NCBI GenBank assembly: GCA_951406725.2
Contig: OX597828.1
Location: 45,198,001 to 45,262,000, forward strand
Length of the DNA stretch: 64,000 bases
From: Octopus vulgaris
Lineage: Eukaryota
Direction: 5' to 3'
The notes beneath the pieces were generated by a model, which did not search any database, was not told the origin of the DNA, and saw nothing but the letters and a program-made list of their open reading frames with translations. The position numbers were made by a program, and so were the translations under genes. Of the stretch, positions 1 through 13,456 are shown piece after piece. Position 1 is the stretch's first letter, and the number at the start of each line of letters is the position of its first letter.

Positions 1-520
<520 letters not shown>

Positions 521-725
521 GTGAAATGCAGATACTTACTTATGAAATCAAACACAAAGATACAAATTTGAAAATATCAAAGGATGTTGTTTTGAAGAAG
601 ATTTCTGTGAAGAACCAGAATAAACAACAGGAAAATAAGAAGAGAGAGAGAGAGAGACAGAATACACACACGCATACATAGATACATACATACATGCATA
701 CATATACACACACACACACACACAC

Positions 726-781
<56 letters not shown>

Positions 782-1102
782 GCAGATAGTGTATGAAAGA
801 GAGTGAAAAAAGGAATAAAAATCTAAGAAAGAGAATGTAATAAAAGTTAAATAATAAAAACTTAAATGACGAGAATAAAATAACGAGAAACCTTGTCACA
901 ACAACAACAACAAGAACAACTGAATCGAGAAGAACAAAGGGAGATTGCAAGAGGTTGTATATCGCATGTGATAAATAAATAGGATATCACATGCTAATAT
1001 TACGTCTGTAGAATTCAATGTGGTACACATAGATTTACAAACACGCACTAATGATATGTGTGTGTGTGTGAACTTATGTTAAAGGCAGAGATAAACAGGC
1101 TT

Positions 1103-1157
<55 letters not shown>

Positions 1158-1241
1158 CTATATACATACAATTTCCTAGTTTCGGAAAGAAGCTATTGTA
1201 AATATACAATGTCTAGTCTTTTAACTGTCTATGTATGTGTA

Positions 1242-1306
<65 letters not shown>

Positions 1307-1340
1307 CATATACACACACAAACACACACAAACATATATA

Positions 1341-1622
1341 TTGTTTGTTCCTTCTCAAGCCATGCCTGGATCATAAGGGCTGGTTTCTCAGTTTCCTTGG
1401 CGTATAGGTTCCCCATCGCAGGTGAGCTGCAAGATGCAGGAGGAAAGAGTGAGAGAAAGTTGTGGCGAAAGAGTCAGCAGAAGTTTGTCATTACCTTCTG
1501 CCGGAGCCATGTGTAGCCTAGATGTTTCGCTCATAAACACACACATCCCCTGGTCTGAGATTCGAACCCGCAATCCCTCGACTGCGAGTCTTCTGCTCTA
1601 ACCACTAGGCCATGTGCCTCCA
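1341..1622 (-). mobile_element. tRNA-derived SINE, family C
   Basis: Minus strand begins GAGGCACATGGCCTAGTGGTTAGAGC (A-box-like) and has GGTTCGAATC (B-box-like). It is homologous to 44352-44668 and 3467-3857. Confidence 0.85.
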
Positions 1623-1625
1623 TAC

Positions 1626-1658
<33 letters not shown>

Positions 1659-1687
1659 TATATATATTTATATATACATATATATAT

Positions 1688-1955
1688 GGCCGTCCACTCG
1701 TGACTGAGGAAGACCATTGCCGACCTTCAGGAAAATTGTGCGCTCTAGGACTAACTTATATTTTGCATTTGCGACTCCGTTGGTGGCTAATGATCCCTGC
1801 TCTTGACAAGCATACACGACTGCAAACATTGCAGACCAAGCTTTCCCCATTCACTATACAAGCCGTGCGCTCTCGCACAGCTCGCTTAAGTGTCGATTCC
1901 CTCCTTAACCTGCTTCCTCCATCCGTGGCGATGACAGGCATTGTTCTCCCAGTCA
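1688..1955 (-). mobile_element. 3' end of an RTE-clade LINE (frameshifted), C-terminal zinc-finger region
   Basis: Minus strand gives WENNACHRHGWRKQV, then after a frameshift CNVCSRVCLSRAGIISHQRS. This matches the WE..A.DR..WR and CxxC..SR.GL.SH pattern of RTE ORF ends. Confidence 0.75.
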
Positions 1956-3024
1956 GTGTCCTGCCTGTTTTATGCAATACATACCAATACATAAATCTAA
2001 AGTGAAATCTTTTCAGAAGCCCTTAAAATACTTTTGTGGATTCCCAATTTACTGTTTTGTAATGTGGAACCCAAAAATCTTATATGGACCCTCAGGGACC
2101 ATATATGAGTCCTGGTTGAAAACCACTCTTTTAAATGAACTGTAAAGGATTTATATGAAATTTTAAAATAAAAAATAAACTATATTCATATTTTTTACTT
2201 TACTTACACATATACAAACATAGGAACAAGGAATAACTGTACGCACACATATTTGTACGCTCTCTCACATGCATACATATGTTCATCTGTATACGCACTC
2301 ACGCATGCATCCATTTAAGCATCGTTCTATGAAAACACATTTGAATTAAAATTCCTTCCAGACACTAAATAGAATCATGGAAACTGCAATCACTTGGACT
2401 TGAACCAAATAAACCTCCAACCATATACATGTTCCACACCTAAATATGGTCGCTTAAAGCAAAAAAAAAAACAAAAAAAAAATACCCCAAAACAGACACA
2501 AATATTTATAGATTTTTACTATTAGATTCAATTCTTCAGATAAGATTCTCATTCTTTGCATCTTCTAAATTGAATCTTTGAAATGAAGTCAAATGAAAAG
2601 GAATATTTTTGGCAATTACTATTGGCACTGATATATTCCTATAGGGTGCCATCAAAGATGCTCTATTTTTGAGCCAGCTGTTGGCAAAATTTTACCAGTT
2701 TTTCAACCTTTCTTACTTAAATCCGTTCAATTGGATGAATTAGTTGAGTAAACTTTGACCGTCTTCTCAATTTATATACATTAATATATCGATCGACAGA
2801 TTGTTTGAACTGAAGCAACTATAATTCTATCTTTAATGACAATTCTGCATCTCTGTTGGTCAACTTCTTATGAGTAGTTGCATAATATTCCATTGATTTA
2901 ATTTTGTTAGGCACAGACGTGTGTATGTGTGTGTGTGTGTGTGTGTGTGTTTGTAGGTGTGGAACTCGAAATTGCCCAGGCAAATCAAAAGCAGGCTGTT
3001 CCTTTGCAACTGTCAAATCAGTGC

Positions 3025-3210
3025 AATCATCATCATCATCATTGTTCGACCGTGGTTAAGACAATGGAATTTACCATGCTACACCAGACTTCACTGTCCA
3101 TCATGGCATTATGGAGGTCCTGTTGCTGGATGCCTGTATCCCTGGAGATTACATCAGGGTAGGAGAGTGTGCGCCCTCTGGTATTGCGAGTAGATGGCTT
3201 CCAGAGGAGA
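3025..3210 (-). mobile_element. LINE 3' end (RTE/RTE-X-like) with (GAT)n tail
   Basis: Minus strand reads LWKPSTRNTRGRTLSYPDVISRDTG...AMMDSEVW, then a stop and (GAT)n. Confidence 0.65.
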
Positions 3211-3275
3211 AGAGTGCTATATTATATGGCAGTGAAACATGGAGACTGGCAAAGAAATTATCAAATGGGCTAAAT

Positions 3276-3362
3276 GGATGCTACACAAGGATGCTACACA
3301 AGGATGCTACACAAGGATGCTACACAAGGATGCTACACAAGGATGCTACACGAGGATGCTAC
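3276..3362 (+). repeat. 13-bp minisatellite (GGATGCTACACAA) x6 plus a partial unit
   Basis: Directly visible tandem units inside the LINE relic. Confidence 0.95.
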
Positions 3363-3466
3363 GAATGGCTCTAAATGTGAAATGGCAGTAACCTATGACA
3401 AACGAATGCCTTTATGGGGGACCTGCTGAAAGTTAGCGAGAAGATCAAGCAAAGATGGCTACAACT

Positions 3467-3857
3467 GGGATGGAAGCACTCCGTCGGTTACGACGATGAG
3501 GGTTCCGGTTGATCCGAATCAACGGAACAGCCTGCTCGTGAAATTAACATGTAAGTGGCTGAGCACTCCACAGACACGTGAACCCTTAACGTAGTTCTCG
3601 AGGATATTCAGCGTGACACAGAGAGTGACAAGGCCGGCCCCTTGAAATACAGGTACAACAGAAACAGGAAGTAAGAGTGAGAGAAAGTTGTGGTGAAAGA
3701 GTACAGCAGGGATCACCACCATCCCCTGCCGGAGCCTCGTGGAGCTTTTAGGTGTTTTCGCTCAATAAACACTCACAACGCCCGGTCTAGGAATCGAAAC
3801 CGCGATCCTATGACCGCGAGTCTGATGCCCTAACCACTGGGCCATTGCGCCTCCACA
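3467..3857 (-). mobile_element. Full-length tRNA-derived SINE, family C, with 9-bp TSD
   Basis: Head GGCGCAATGGCCCAGTGGTTAGGGC...GGTTTCGATTCC. Flanks GCTACAACT (3458-3466) and GCTGCAACT (3858-3866). Confidence 0.9.
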
Positions 3858-4529
3858 GCTGCAACTATCTGGTCACTGCATGCACCACCTCCAACTGGAA
3901 GCATCTCTTATTAGTTAGTCTTGCAGAACCCTGCTCACCGTGATGTAAGAACAGGAAAATGTTGTCACACATAAATTGGCAACTTAATTGCAGACACTTG
4001 CCCCTAAATATATCCAGACCCTTGAGGTAGTGATGATGGACTGAGAAGAGGGACAGGTAGGCTTTGCTGTTGTGGCCCAGGTAGGAACCCAGCCTTAATG
4101 ATAAAAATAATAATAGGCGTAGATTTGTGTAGGTGTGTATGTGTGTATGCATACTGTGTGTATATATTGTGTGTATGTGCTCGTGTGTGAGTGTGTTCTT
4201 ACCTGTGTGTACGTGGGTGTCTTTTGTGAGTATATATTTATTAATTCATTTGTCCAGGTGTTTAACATCTGATTTTCTCCATGCAGACATAGGTCTTGAG
4301 AGTAAGTTATTTGAGGCAGGATCTTTATGGCCAGATGCTCTTACCTTCACTAACACTTATTTTGGAGTAAAGGATGTTATTTCAATTAAGAGGTCTTTGA
4401 AGGCGTAAAGCAACCAGTCATAAAACCAACATATGGGCTACTCTGCTCTGCTCTGCTTTGCTCAAGGAGTGACAACCATATGATGTCAACAGTCACACAC
4501 AGCTCTATATGTACACACATGTATATACA

Positions 4530-4938
4530 TACTCTTTTACTCTTTTACTTGTTTCAGTCATTTGACTGCAGCCATGCTGGAGCACCGCCTTTAGTCGAGC
4601 AAATCGACTCCAGGACTTATTCTTTGTAAGCCTAGAATTTATTCTATTGGTCTCTTTTGCCGAACCGCTAAGTTACGGGGACGTAAACACACCAGCATCA
4701 GTTGTCAAGTGATGTTGGGAGGACAAACACTGATACAGAAACACACGCATACATAAATATACATATACATATATATGACGAGCTTCTTCCAGTTTCCGTT
4801 TATCAAATCCACTCACAAGGCTTTGGTTGGCCCGAGGCTATAGTAGGAGACATTTGCCCAAGGTGACATGCAGTGGGACTGAACCCGGAACCATATGGTT
4901 GGTAAGGAAGTTACTTACTACACAGCCAATCCTACGTC
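4530..4938 (-). mobile_element. SINE family A (tRNA-like head, internal TA/TG microsatellite, (TAAAAGAG)n tail)
   Basis: Reverse complement of the copies at 8740-9165 and 47525-47935. Confidence 0.9.
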
Positions 4939-5039
4939 TACTACACAAATATGTGTAACGAATACATATGTACACACAGACACACACACATGAGCATATA
5001 GATATGTGTGGATATATCATTATTGTCGTCGTCGTTGTC

Positions 5040-5212
5040 GTCATCATCATCATCATCATTTAATGTCCACTTTCCATGCTGGCATGGATTGGATGGTTTG
5101 ACAGGAGCTGGCTAGGTAGAAGACTCTACCAGGCTACTGTGTCTCTTTTGTCATGGTGTTTATGGTTGGATGCTCTTCCTTAATACCAAACACCCCACAG
5201 ACTAGACTGAGT
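5040..5212 (-). mobile_element. Family D retroposon 3' end with (GAT)n tail
   Basis: Reverse complement of the shared terminus CCAACCCATGCTAGCATGGAAAGCGGACGTTAAACGATGATG. Confidence 0.75.
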
Positions 5213-5232
5213 TATGTGTGTGTGTGTGTGTG

Positions 5233-5293
<61 letters not shown>

Positions 5294-5724
5294 ATTCTTT
5301 ACATATGTGTATGAAATTTCATCAGAACCATGCCTGTACTTGGTTACACACACATACACTTCCTGTCAATCAAATCAGCTCACCAGGTCTTGGTCAGCCC
5401 ACAATTTACAGTAGACATTACTTGACCAAATTGTCATGCAGAAGAATTGAACTTGGGTCTGGGGAACAAATTTCTTAAGCAGAGCCATGTCTATCTGTAT
5501 AAAGGTAATGCAATCATCAGTATACACTGATACCTATTAACACTCATATACACTTCTTTACTATCGTCACAACAAATTAACTTTGCTAATCTTACTGATG
5601 TTTCATTATAAAATAGAATATTTTTATTCAGTAAAAGGTGATTAACGTTCATTATAAAATATCGTAAGGTCAGATGAATTGCTTCAGGAGATGGCTGAAG
5701 TCATTTGACATAGCGGTATATCTG

Positions 5725-5943
5725 TGGTGAGCTGGCAGAAACGTTAGCACGCCGGACGAAATGCGTAGCAGTATTTCGTCTGCCGTTACGTTCTGAGTTC
5801 AAATTCCGCCGAGGTCGACTTTGCCTTTCATCATTTCGGGGTCGATAAATTAAGTACCAGTTACGCACTGGGGTCGATGTAATCGACTTAATCTCCTTGT
5901 CTGTCCTCTCTGTGTTTAGCCCCTTGTGGGTAGTAAAGAAATA
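5725..5943 (+). mobile_element. SINE family B with probable 10-bp TSD
   Basis: TGGCAGAAACGTTAG (A-box-like), GAGTTCAAATTCC (B-box-like) and core GCCTTTCATC..GGGGTCGATAAATTAAGTACCAG. GGTATATCTG lies at 5715-5724 and 5944-5953. Confidence 0.9.
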
Positions 5944-6484
5944 GGTATATCTGAGAAATCATACCTTTTCTAATCAAAGGTAGTGGAAATTACCAAAAAA
6001 AATCTTAGGATATGATGGGCAATGATTAAGGAGTGAAATGGAAAATCAAAGGTCAAAGATACATGTCGAACAGTACAACACCTGGATGTGATTACAAACA
6101 CACACACGCACACAGATGTACCTGTGTTATGGAAGACATGCATAAAACTCACACACAACACTCCAGGTTTCCCAGTAAGCCAAAGGAATGGAGTTATCTG
6201 ATTACTGATCAATAATCAAGACCCATATCACCATTCATCAGCTATTGAGTGTCAATTATTGATCTGCAATGTGAGTATTTTATGTTTGCATAATAAATTA
6301 AACATTCGATCATATACATACATGCATATATATACATATATATATACATATGCATATATATATCATATCATATAAATAATATATAAATATTTGCCTATAT
6401 AAATACATATATGTACATACCTACATATAAATGCATTTATATATATATATATATAATATAATATAATATAAAATAAATAATGTA

Positions 6485-6845
6485 TATAAATATATATGCA
6501 TATATACGTACATATATGTACATACCTACATATATATGTATATATAAATATTTGCATGTATACATACATATATGTATATATAAATATTTGCATGTATACA
6601 TACATATATGTATATATCTACATATATATGTATATATACATGCATATATGAGTACAGGACGTCAAAAAACAAAAGACGAAGACAGTTGAAAGAACAACAA
6701 GCAGGTGCTGTAGTTTAACATTCAGGAAGAATGGAAAAGTCTTTGACATTTCGAGCCTACACTCGTTGACAGGAAGGTTTAAGAGGGGGACAAAAAAGAA
6801 GTGAGAGAAAAAATGTTTAGGGATTATAGGTTCAACATGACGAAA
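6485..6845 (-). mobile_element. Degenerate Penelope-pLTR-like short element
   Basis: Homologous to 53905-54150 and 42140-42335 (GACGAAG...TTTCGAGCCTAC..TC). Its other end matches 44850-44965. Confidence 0.55.
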
Positions 6846-7976
6846 TGGCCCTTAGTCTATTAGTTGCTATTGCTGAACTGCTATGTTACTGGGACAGAAA
6901 TCCACCAATGGCAGCGAAGGTGGGGTGAGGGACATACATAAACACACTCACACACACACAAATATCTATATACGTATGTACAAAATTCATTACTCTGAGC
7001 CTGGAGTCCACAAAAATTTAACAAACTTCTCAAATCTAAAAGATTTTGTGATCTAAGAATATATATATACACATATACAAATAGACACCCAAGCAATCTA
7101 ACATATGCAAATACTCACATACACATAAACACAGACACAGACACATACATGTGTATTTATAAAAATGCCCTTAAATAAAAGCACATATACAAATGCTTGT
7201 AAATATGTATACACATGCACATATATATATGTATGTATATGTATATACATATGCATATATATGTATATATATATATATGAATATATATACATAATATATA
7301 CATTCATACTCACACACGCATACACATATATATACATATACGCACACATATAAGTATGTATAAACACAAATATATTTATACATATACAAACATGCATATA
7401 TACAAATTCATAAGCATATACAGACACTGATATGTACAGGATATACATCTATATACATATATACATCTATATACATACATATATATATATACATATATAT
7501 ATATATAATGTATATGCATATATGCATATATGTATAAAAATATATATATATATACACAAATATATACATTTACACATACACAGGTATATACACACACACA
7601 GCCACATACATATGCATTAAAATGCTCAAAGGAGGTCTTAATCCATGAAGATCTGTCAGATGAATGGAAGTGAAACTTTCATAAATTTCCTTAATTGCTG
7701 TCTTAAAGCAATGGAATTAAACCAGACACAGAGTGTTTTGTAACACACACACACACACACACCCACACACGCGCGCGCAAATACATAAATAAATATTTGT
7801 ACCTAAACTTACATGAACTTGAATTACTTGTGGGTGTGTGTGTGTGTGATCTTGTGTATATATATATGTGTGTTATATATATATATATATATAAAGAAAG
7901 AAATAAGTGGAAAGGCCACTCTGCGGATCCCTCATATATATATATATAGAGAGAGAATGAGAGATAGATAGATAGA

Positions 7977-8023
<47 letters not shown>

Positions 8024-8158
8024 TCCTGTTTCTATAGTCAACACTATCAACATAAATAAGGTGACATAGTAAACATTTGTGTATACAGCAGCACACTTTA
8101 TATGTGCCTCTGTTTGTATGAAACACTTCTGTGCAACTACATACACACACACGCCTGT

Positions 8159-8211
<53 letters not shown>

Positions 8212-8262
8212 CACACACACACATATTTATATATATACATATATATACATATATACACATAT

Positions 8263-8300
<38 letters not shown>

Positions 8301-8433
8301 ATATACATAAGAACATATATATATGTATATGCATAAATGTATATTTTATATACATGCATTTATATATCTATATACATGTATGTATATATATATATATGTG
8401 CATACACACACACACATATATATATATACAAAC

Positions 8434-8650
8434 ACTTTTACTCTTTTGTTTTAGTCATTTGGCTGTGGCCATGTTGGAGCACCGCCTTTAGTCGAGCAAA
8501 TCGACCCCAGGTCTTATTCTTTGTAAGCCTAGTACTTATTCTATCGGTATATCTTACTTAACCGCTAAGTGACAGGGATGTAAACACACCAGCATCAGTT
8601 GTCAAGCGATGTTGTGGGCGACAAACACAGACACACAAACATACACACAC
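8434..8650 (-). mobile_element. SINE family A, 3' half
   Basis: Inverted copy of 8950-9150. Confidence 0.85.
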
Positions 8651-8739
8651 ACATACATTCTTACACTATATTACATCATTTATACTTATAGGTTTGGCTT
8701 TACAAACACAGGAAGCAGAACTCAACATAAGAAGTACAG

Positions 8740-8888
8740 TGTGTGGTAAGTAGCTTGCTAACCAACCACATGGTTCCGGGTTCAGTCCCACTGCGTGGCA
8801 TCTTGGGCAAATGTCTTCTACTATAGCCTTGGGCCGACCAAAGCCTTGTGAGTGGATTTGGTAGACGGAAACTGAAAGAAGCCTGTCG

Positions 8889-8949
<61 letters not shown>

Positions 8950-9165
8950 TTGTGTGTCTGTGTTTGTCCCCCTAGTATTGCTTGACAACCGATGCTGGTG
9001 TGTTTACGTCCCCGTCACTTAACGGTTCGGCAAAAAGAGACCGATAGAATAAGTACTGGGCTTACAAAGAATAAGTCCCGGGGTCGATTTGCTCGACTAA
9101 AGGCGGTGCTCCAGCATGGCCGCAGTCAAATGACTGAAACAAGTAAAAGTAAAGTAAAGTAAGTA
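8740..9165 (+). mobile_element. SINE family A
   Basis: TGTGTGGTAAG...GGGTTCAGTCCC head, CTTGGGCAA core, internal (TA)n(TG)n, and a GTAAA-repeat tail. Confidence 0.9.
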
Positions 9166-9219
9166 AGTACATACACACATCCATCCATCTATACATACAT
9201 ACATACAGATATATATATA

Positions 9220-9250
<31 letters not shown>

Positions 9251-9995
9251 GTCTCTCTCTCTCTTTCTCTCTCTTTCTCCCTCCCTTGCTCTCTCTATAG
9301 ATATATGTAGGAACACATGTACACAGTAAATCAATCTATACACTCACAAATATAGGCTATTGGTTCCCAACCAGAATCCTCTCCATCACCATGCCCACTC
9401 CCTGTCTCCTAAACACCTGAGCACTCTCTACCCTCACTTCTACCACCACCACCACCACCACCATCAGCACCACCACCACCACCATCACCACTACCACCAC
9501 CACCACCACTATTACCACTTCACCAATTATAAAACTGAATTCAAATTACGTTTTTAATAATGACTCATTGCCACTCAGTGGTGGTGGTCATGGCGATTGT
9601 GTTTGTCATGGGTGCTGTTATTCAGTAGAGACTGTGATGGTGGTGATGACGGGTGATGGTGTTGGTAGTGGTGGTGGTAGTCCTAGTCATGGCAAACTTT
9701 GTTATTGGTAGTGAATGGTGGTCGTGGAGGTGGTTATTAAGACTGGGGTGGTGTCGACGATGTTGACGGTTATGATGATGCTTTTGAGGCGGGGTGTGTG
9801 TCCTGTGTGGTGGTGGTGGTCATGGTTGTCATTGTTGTTGTCGTCGTCGTTGTGCTGATGGTGATGGTGGTGGTGCTGATGGGGATGACAGAGGTACGGC
9901 TGCTGGTGGTAGTGCGAGGGAGTGCAGTGTGTGAGGAAGATGTTTGTGTTGGCATTAGTGGGGCATCTGTACATGTGTGTGTGTGTGTGTGTGTA

Positions 9996-10027
<32 letters not shown>

Positions 10028-11571
10028 TGTGTGTTTGTGTGTGCCTGCATTGTTTCATGGTAAACAAGGCTTGGATGTCTGTCTGGGTGGGTGGATGGGT
10101 GACTAATTAGCTTGTGTGTGTGGTGGGGAGGGAGAGGGGCGGTCAAGTCTACAAAAAGTCTTAATTGCTTTCAGAAAAATATCCTATATTGTCTATTTGT
10201 AGCTTGGAAGATAGAGGTGATGGAGAGGATGAAAGAGAAATGGAATGAGAAACAGAGTAAGAGAGAGAGAGAGAAGAGAGGTGGGGAGGGAGAGAAAGAG
10301 AGAGGTAGACACTGAGAGTGAAGGTAAGTGATTGAGGGTGGGAGGTACACTAGGAGAGTGATGAGAGAAGAAAGAGGAGAGACACACTGATGGGAGACTC
10401 CTGAAAATGTACAAGAAATGGTGAGAGAGAGATGGAGAGAGAGAGAGAGAGAGACAGAGAAGGTGATAGTGCAACAGGATAGAAAGAGAATAATGGAGCA
10501 ATAGGAGAGAGAAAGAGTGATGGAGCCATAGGAGAGAGAGAGAGGATGGTGAAACATATTGGGATTCTGAGTTCAAATTCTGCTGAGGTCAACTATGCCT
10601 TTCATCCTTCTAGGGTCGATAAATTAAGTACCAGTTGTGCACTGGGGCCGATATAATCGCCTGGCCTCCTCCCATCAAACTCCCGGGCTTTATGCCTAGA
10701 GTAGAAAAGAATGTGTGTGTGTGTGCATGTGTGTATTTTGGTAAGCCTATTTACAACACCAGAGTTTGAATAGACGCTGAGATTTGGGAACCGTGGCTAT
10801 GTCTAATCCTAAAACCACTAAGTTGAAAAAAAAAATGTTAGGGACCAACTGGTCATGGCTGGAATCCGTTTGATCATTGATATGCTAATTTAAATTTTAC
10901 CAGGAGCTAACAACAACAAAAACAGCTGTGATTTACAACTTCCCCAACAAAAATAGCTTTTCATTTAATTCAAAACTGTAGTAACTACACTAAATGTAAA
11001 TTCATTTAATTAGCTTAAAATTAAATCATTATCATCACTATTATTATTCTTATTATTACTATTACAATTATCATAATTATTACGGAAATCATTATTATTA
11101 TTATTGTTATTGTTAATGTTGTCGTTGCTGTTGTTGTTGTTGTTGCTGATAAAGGTTTTGTACATGTCTATACTAAGTAAGTGACAAAAATAAAAACTAA
11201 AAACAAAACAAAGAAAAAAACAGAAATCTTAATTATAATTCAGAATATTAAATTTTGTTGCATCAATCATATTTAACGAATATTATTTAATAAAGTTATC
11301 AGATAATTTATTAAGCTGCAGTCAAAAATTTCACATAGAATATATTTACCAAAATAATATTGATCTGATAGTTAATAAGAATTGATTTATGAGGCATATG
11401 GAACTTTTCTTGTAATGCCAAGATTATTTTGCATTGGAGATTTTAGACTAACCATTTAAAATATCGATAGCCAAATGGTTAACAAGCTTGCTCTGCAATC
11501 TTGAATTGTGTACTCCAGGTTTCAATCCCACTTCCCAGCATGGCATCTTTGAACAAATTTGTGTTCTATCT

Positions 11572-11736
11572 CAAGTGTGGCTCTGTGGTAAGAAGCTTGC
11601 TTCCCAACGACATGGTTCTGGGTTCAGTCCCACTGTACAGTACTCTTCCAATATAGCCTCAGGCCAAACAAAGCCTTATGAATGGATTTGGTAGAGGGAA
11701 ACTGAAAGAAGCCCATCATATGTGTATATGTGTCTG

Positions 11737-11815
<79 letters not shown>

Positions 11816-12036
11816 GTATGTATTTATGTGTGTGTGTGTCTGTGTTTTTCTCCCTGCCATCGTTTGACAACCGATGCTGGTGTGTTTATGTTCCTGTCAC
11901 TTGGTAGTACAGCAAAGGGACCGATAGAATAAGTACTAGGTTTACAAAGAATGACTCCTGGGATTGATTTCTTAAACTAAAACCCCTTTACAATTGTGCT
12001 CCAACATGACTGCAGTCAAATGACTGAAACAAATAA
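11572..12036 (+). mobile_element. SINE family A, diverged
   Basis: Colinear with 8740-9165, with an internal (CT)n(TA)n tract. Confidence 0.85.
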
Positions 12037-12444
12037 ATGAATAGAATATATATATATATACTCTTTTACACAAGGCTACCAAGGGTTTCATACACAGAGA
12101 AATCTTGCAACAATTATCAAGCCAGCTGCTTGGGAATATTTTTACTTTCCATAGTGAACAAGAATACAGGAGGCTACACGAGAATGTACTGGATTTGGGG
12201 GTACATAGGTATATATAAAGATCATGGAAGAATTATAATTGTTGTCTCCCTTGCATTAGTCCTGGTATCCTTATAATGAACTGCATTCATCAAAGATTGG
12301 TTAATTACTTAATGATTTTATGTGAGAACACTTGGTCACATCCAAATTGATCAATATGAATGCATATATATGCACACAAACTCACACACACAAGCACACA
12401 CATACACACACACACACATCTATATGTATATATATATATATATA

Positions 12445-12649
12445 GTTAATCCAAACAAGAAAGCACAAAAAAACAGAACAACGCGAGGACGTGGAACAAA
12501 TATAGTATTATTGGACGCTCAGGAAAGAAGGAAAGAAGGAGGGTTTAACGTTTCGAGCGGAGCTCTTCGTCGGAAACATAGGAGAAGGAAAGATCCAGAG
12601 AAGGGAAGACAGAAGAAAAAAATCGCCAACGGTACACACGAGGTCACAT
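12445..12649 (-). mobile_element. TA-flanked short element (family E) carrying a minimal hammerhead motif; Penelope-pLTR-like
   Basis: A near-identical inverted copy lies at 43463-43666. Both ends abut (TA)n. Confidence 0.8.
12543..12577 (-). ncRNA. Minimal type I hammerhead-like motif (U4C core variant)
   Basis: GUUU-CCGACGA-A-GAGC(UCC)GCUC-GAAA-CG-UU-AAAC: stem I GUUU/AAAC, 4-bp stem II, palindromic ACGU stem III. Confidence 0.6.
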
Positions 12650-12660
12650 ATATATATAGA

Positions 12661-12917
12661 ATAATTAGAATAGTGGTACAACAATGCACCAATATTTACT
12701 GGAAATAGCAGTTGATAATGTAAGTTAACAAACGTAATTTGGAAGGTTCGAAACCTAGGTCCTAGGTTATCCACATCTGGGTTGTACATTTATTTAATGC
12801 TCTTCCTACAGGTAAGATGAAATCTTTTATACACAGTGAAGCTTTACTATAGCATCATATATTATCAACTGCTATTTTCAGAGAATATTGGTGCACTGTG
12901 CCACCATTAATAATTAT
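12661..12917. mobile_element. TA-flanked element with ~58-bp imperfect terminal inverted repeats
   Basis: 12661-12719 is approximately the reverse complement of 12861-12917. The interior contains GAAA-CCTAGG-TC. Confidence 0.75.
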
Positions 12918-13082
12918 ATATATATATATATATATACATTTATATATATAAAAGTAACTATATGAAAGCTTAAGGTTACTTTTTTATTGTTTACAATAGT
13001 TTTCTCTTTAAACGGAGTTTGACATTTAAAGTTTGAAATGCACATGAGTTGACGTAGTGAATATTTTGGAAATAGATGCTGC

Positions 13083-13150
13083 TATCTCCAACTGAAGATT
13101 GCAAAGCATGTTTTCTCATGCACAGCATGAAATCAATTGATACTGGGATA
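13083..13150 (+). ncRNA. Type I hammerhead-like motif, slightly degenerate
   Basis: CTGAAGA at 13092-13098; stem II TGC..GCATG/CATGC..GCA; GAAA at 13129; palindrome ATCAATTGAT followed by A; stem I TATCTCCA/TGGGATA. The first pairs of stems I and II are mismatched. Confidence 0.6.
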
Positions 13151-13303
13151 AGTAAGCTATCTTCAAATTCCATCCTGAAAGTAGGCCTATTTTTTGAATT
13201 GTTCATTGCATTGCTCGAGTGTGTATTTATCATAGAATTGGTGGTTTTTGAAGCTTTCACTTTCATCTTTGGCAAGCAGCATTTTTACCCTTCTTTTATT
13301 CAA

Positions 13304-13334
<31 letters not shown>

Positions 13335-13364
13335 CAAGAAAAAAGCAACAAGAATGGATTAGTT

Positions 13365-13456
13365 GTTCAGTACAATTGTTTCATACGAAGAACAGATTTA
13401 TTAAAAGCTGCAAATATTGCAGCAAATACAAGTGTCCCATATTCATCAGCCAAAAC
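13365..13456 (-). ncRNA. Type I hammerhead ribozyme motif
   Basis: Minus strand: GUUUUGG-CUGAUGA-AUAUG...CGUAU-GAAA-CAAUUG-UA-CUGAAC. Palindromic stem III ACAAUUGU, GUA triplet, and an internal hairpin GCUGCAA/UUGCAGC. Confidence 0.75.

Larger units (their letters stand above)
3212..4060 (+). mobile_element. Decayed LINE (RTE/RTE-X-like) post-RT region, interrupted by a SINE
   Basis: ILYGSETWRL..KL.N.LNGCYTRML(R)MALNV.W; the reading resumes after the SINE as SGHCMHH. Stops and frameshifts are present. Confidence 0.75.

Noticed and set aside
1155-1230. TA-flanked hairpin followed by GAAACTAG on the minus strand (similar partial motifs at 8080-8135, 32330-32370 and 62855-62940)
   Set aside because: The CUGANGA box or the UH site is missing. 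They may be decayed hammerhead modules but are too degenerate to support.
3785-3857. tRNA gene-like sequences (also at 1550-1622, 18808-18880 and 44355-44425)
   Set aside because: They are SINE heads: no complete acceptor stem, and each continues into a SINE body.
6165-6245. Minus-strand CTGATGA...GAAA candidate
   Set aside because: The base of stem II does not pair and there is no UH site after stem III.
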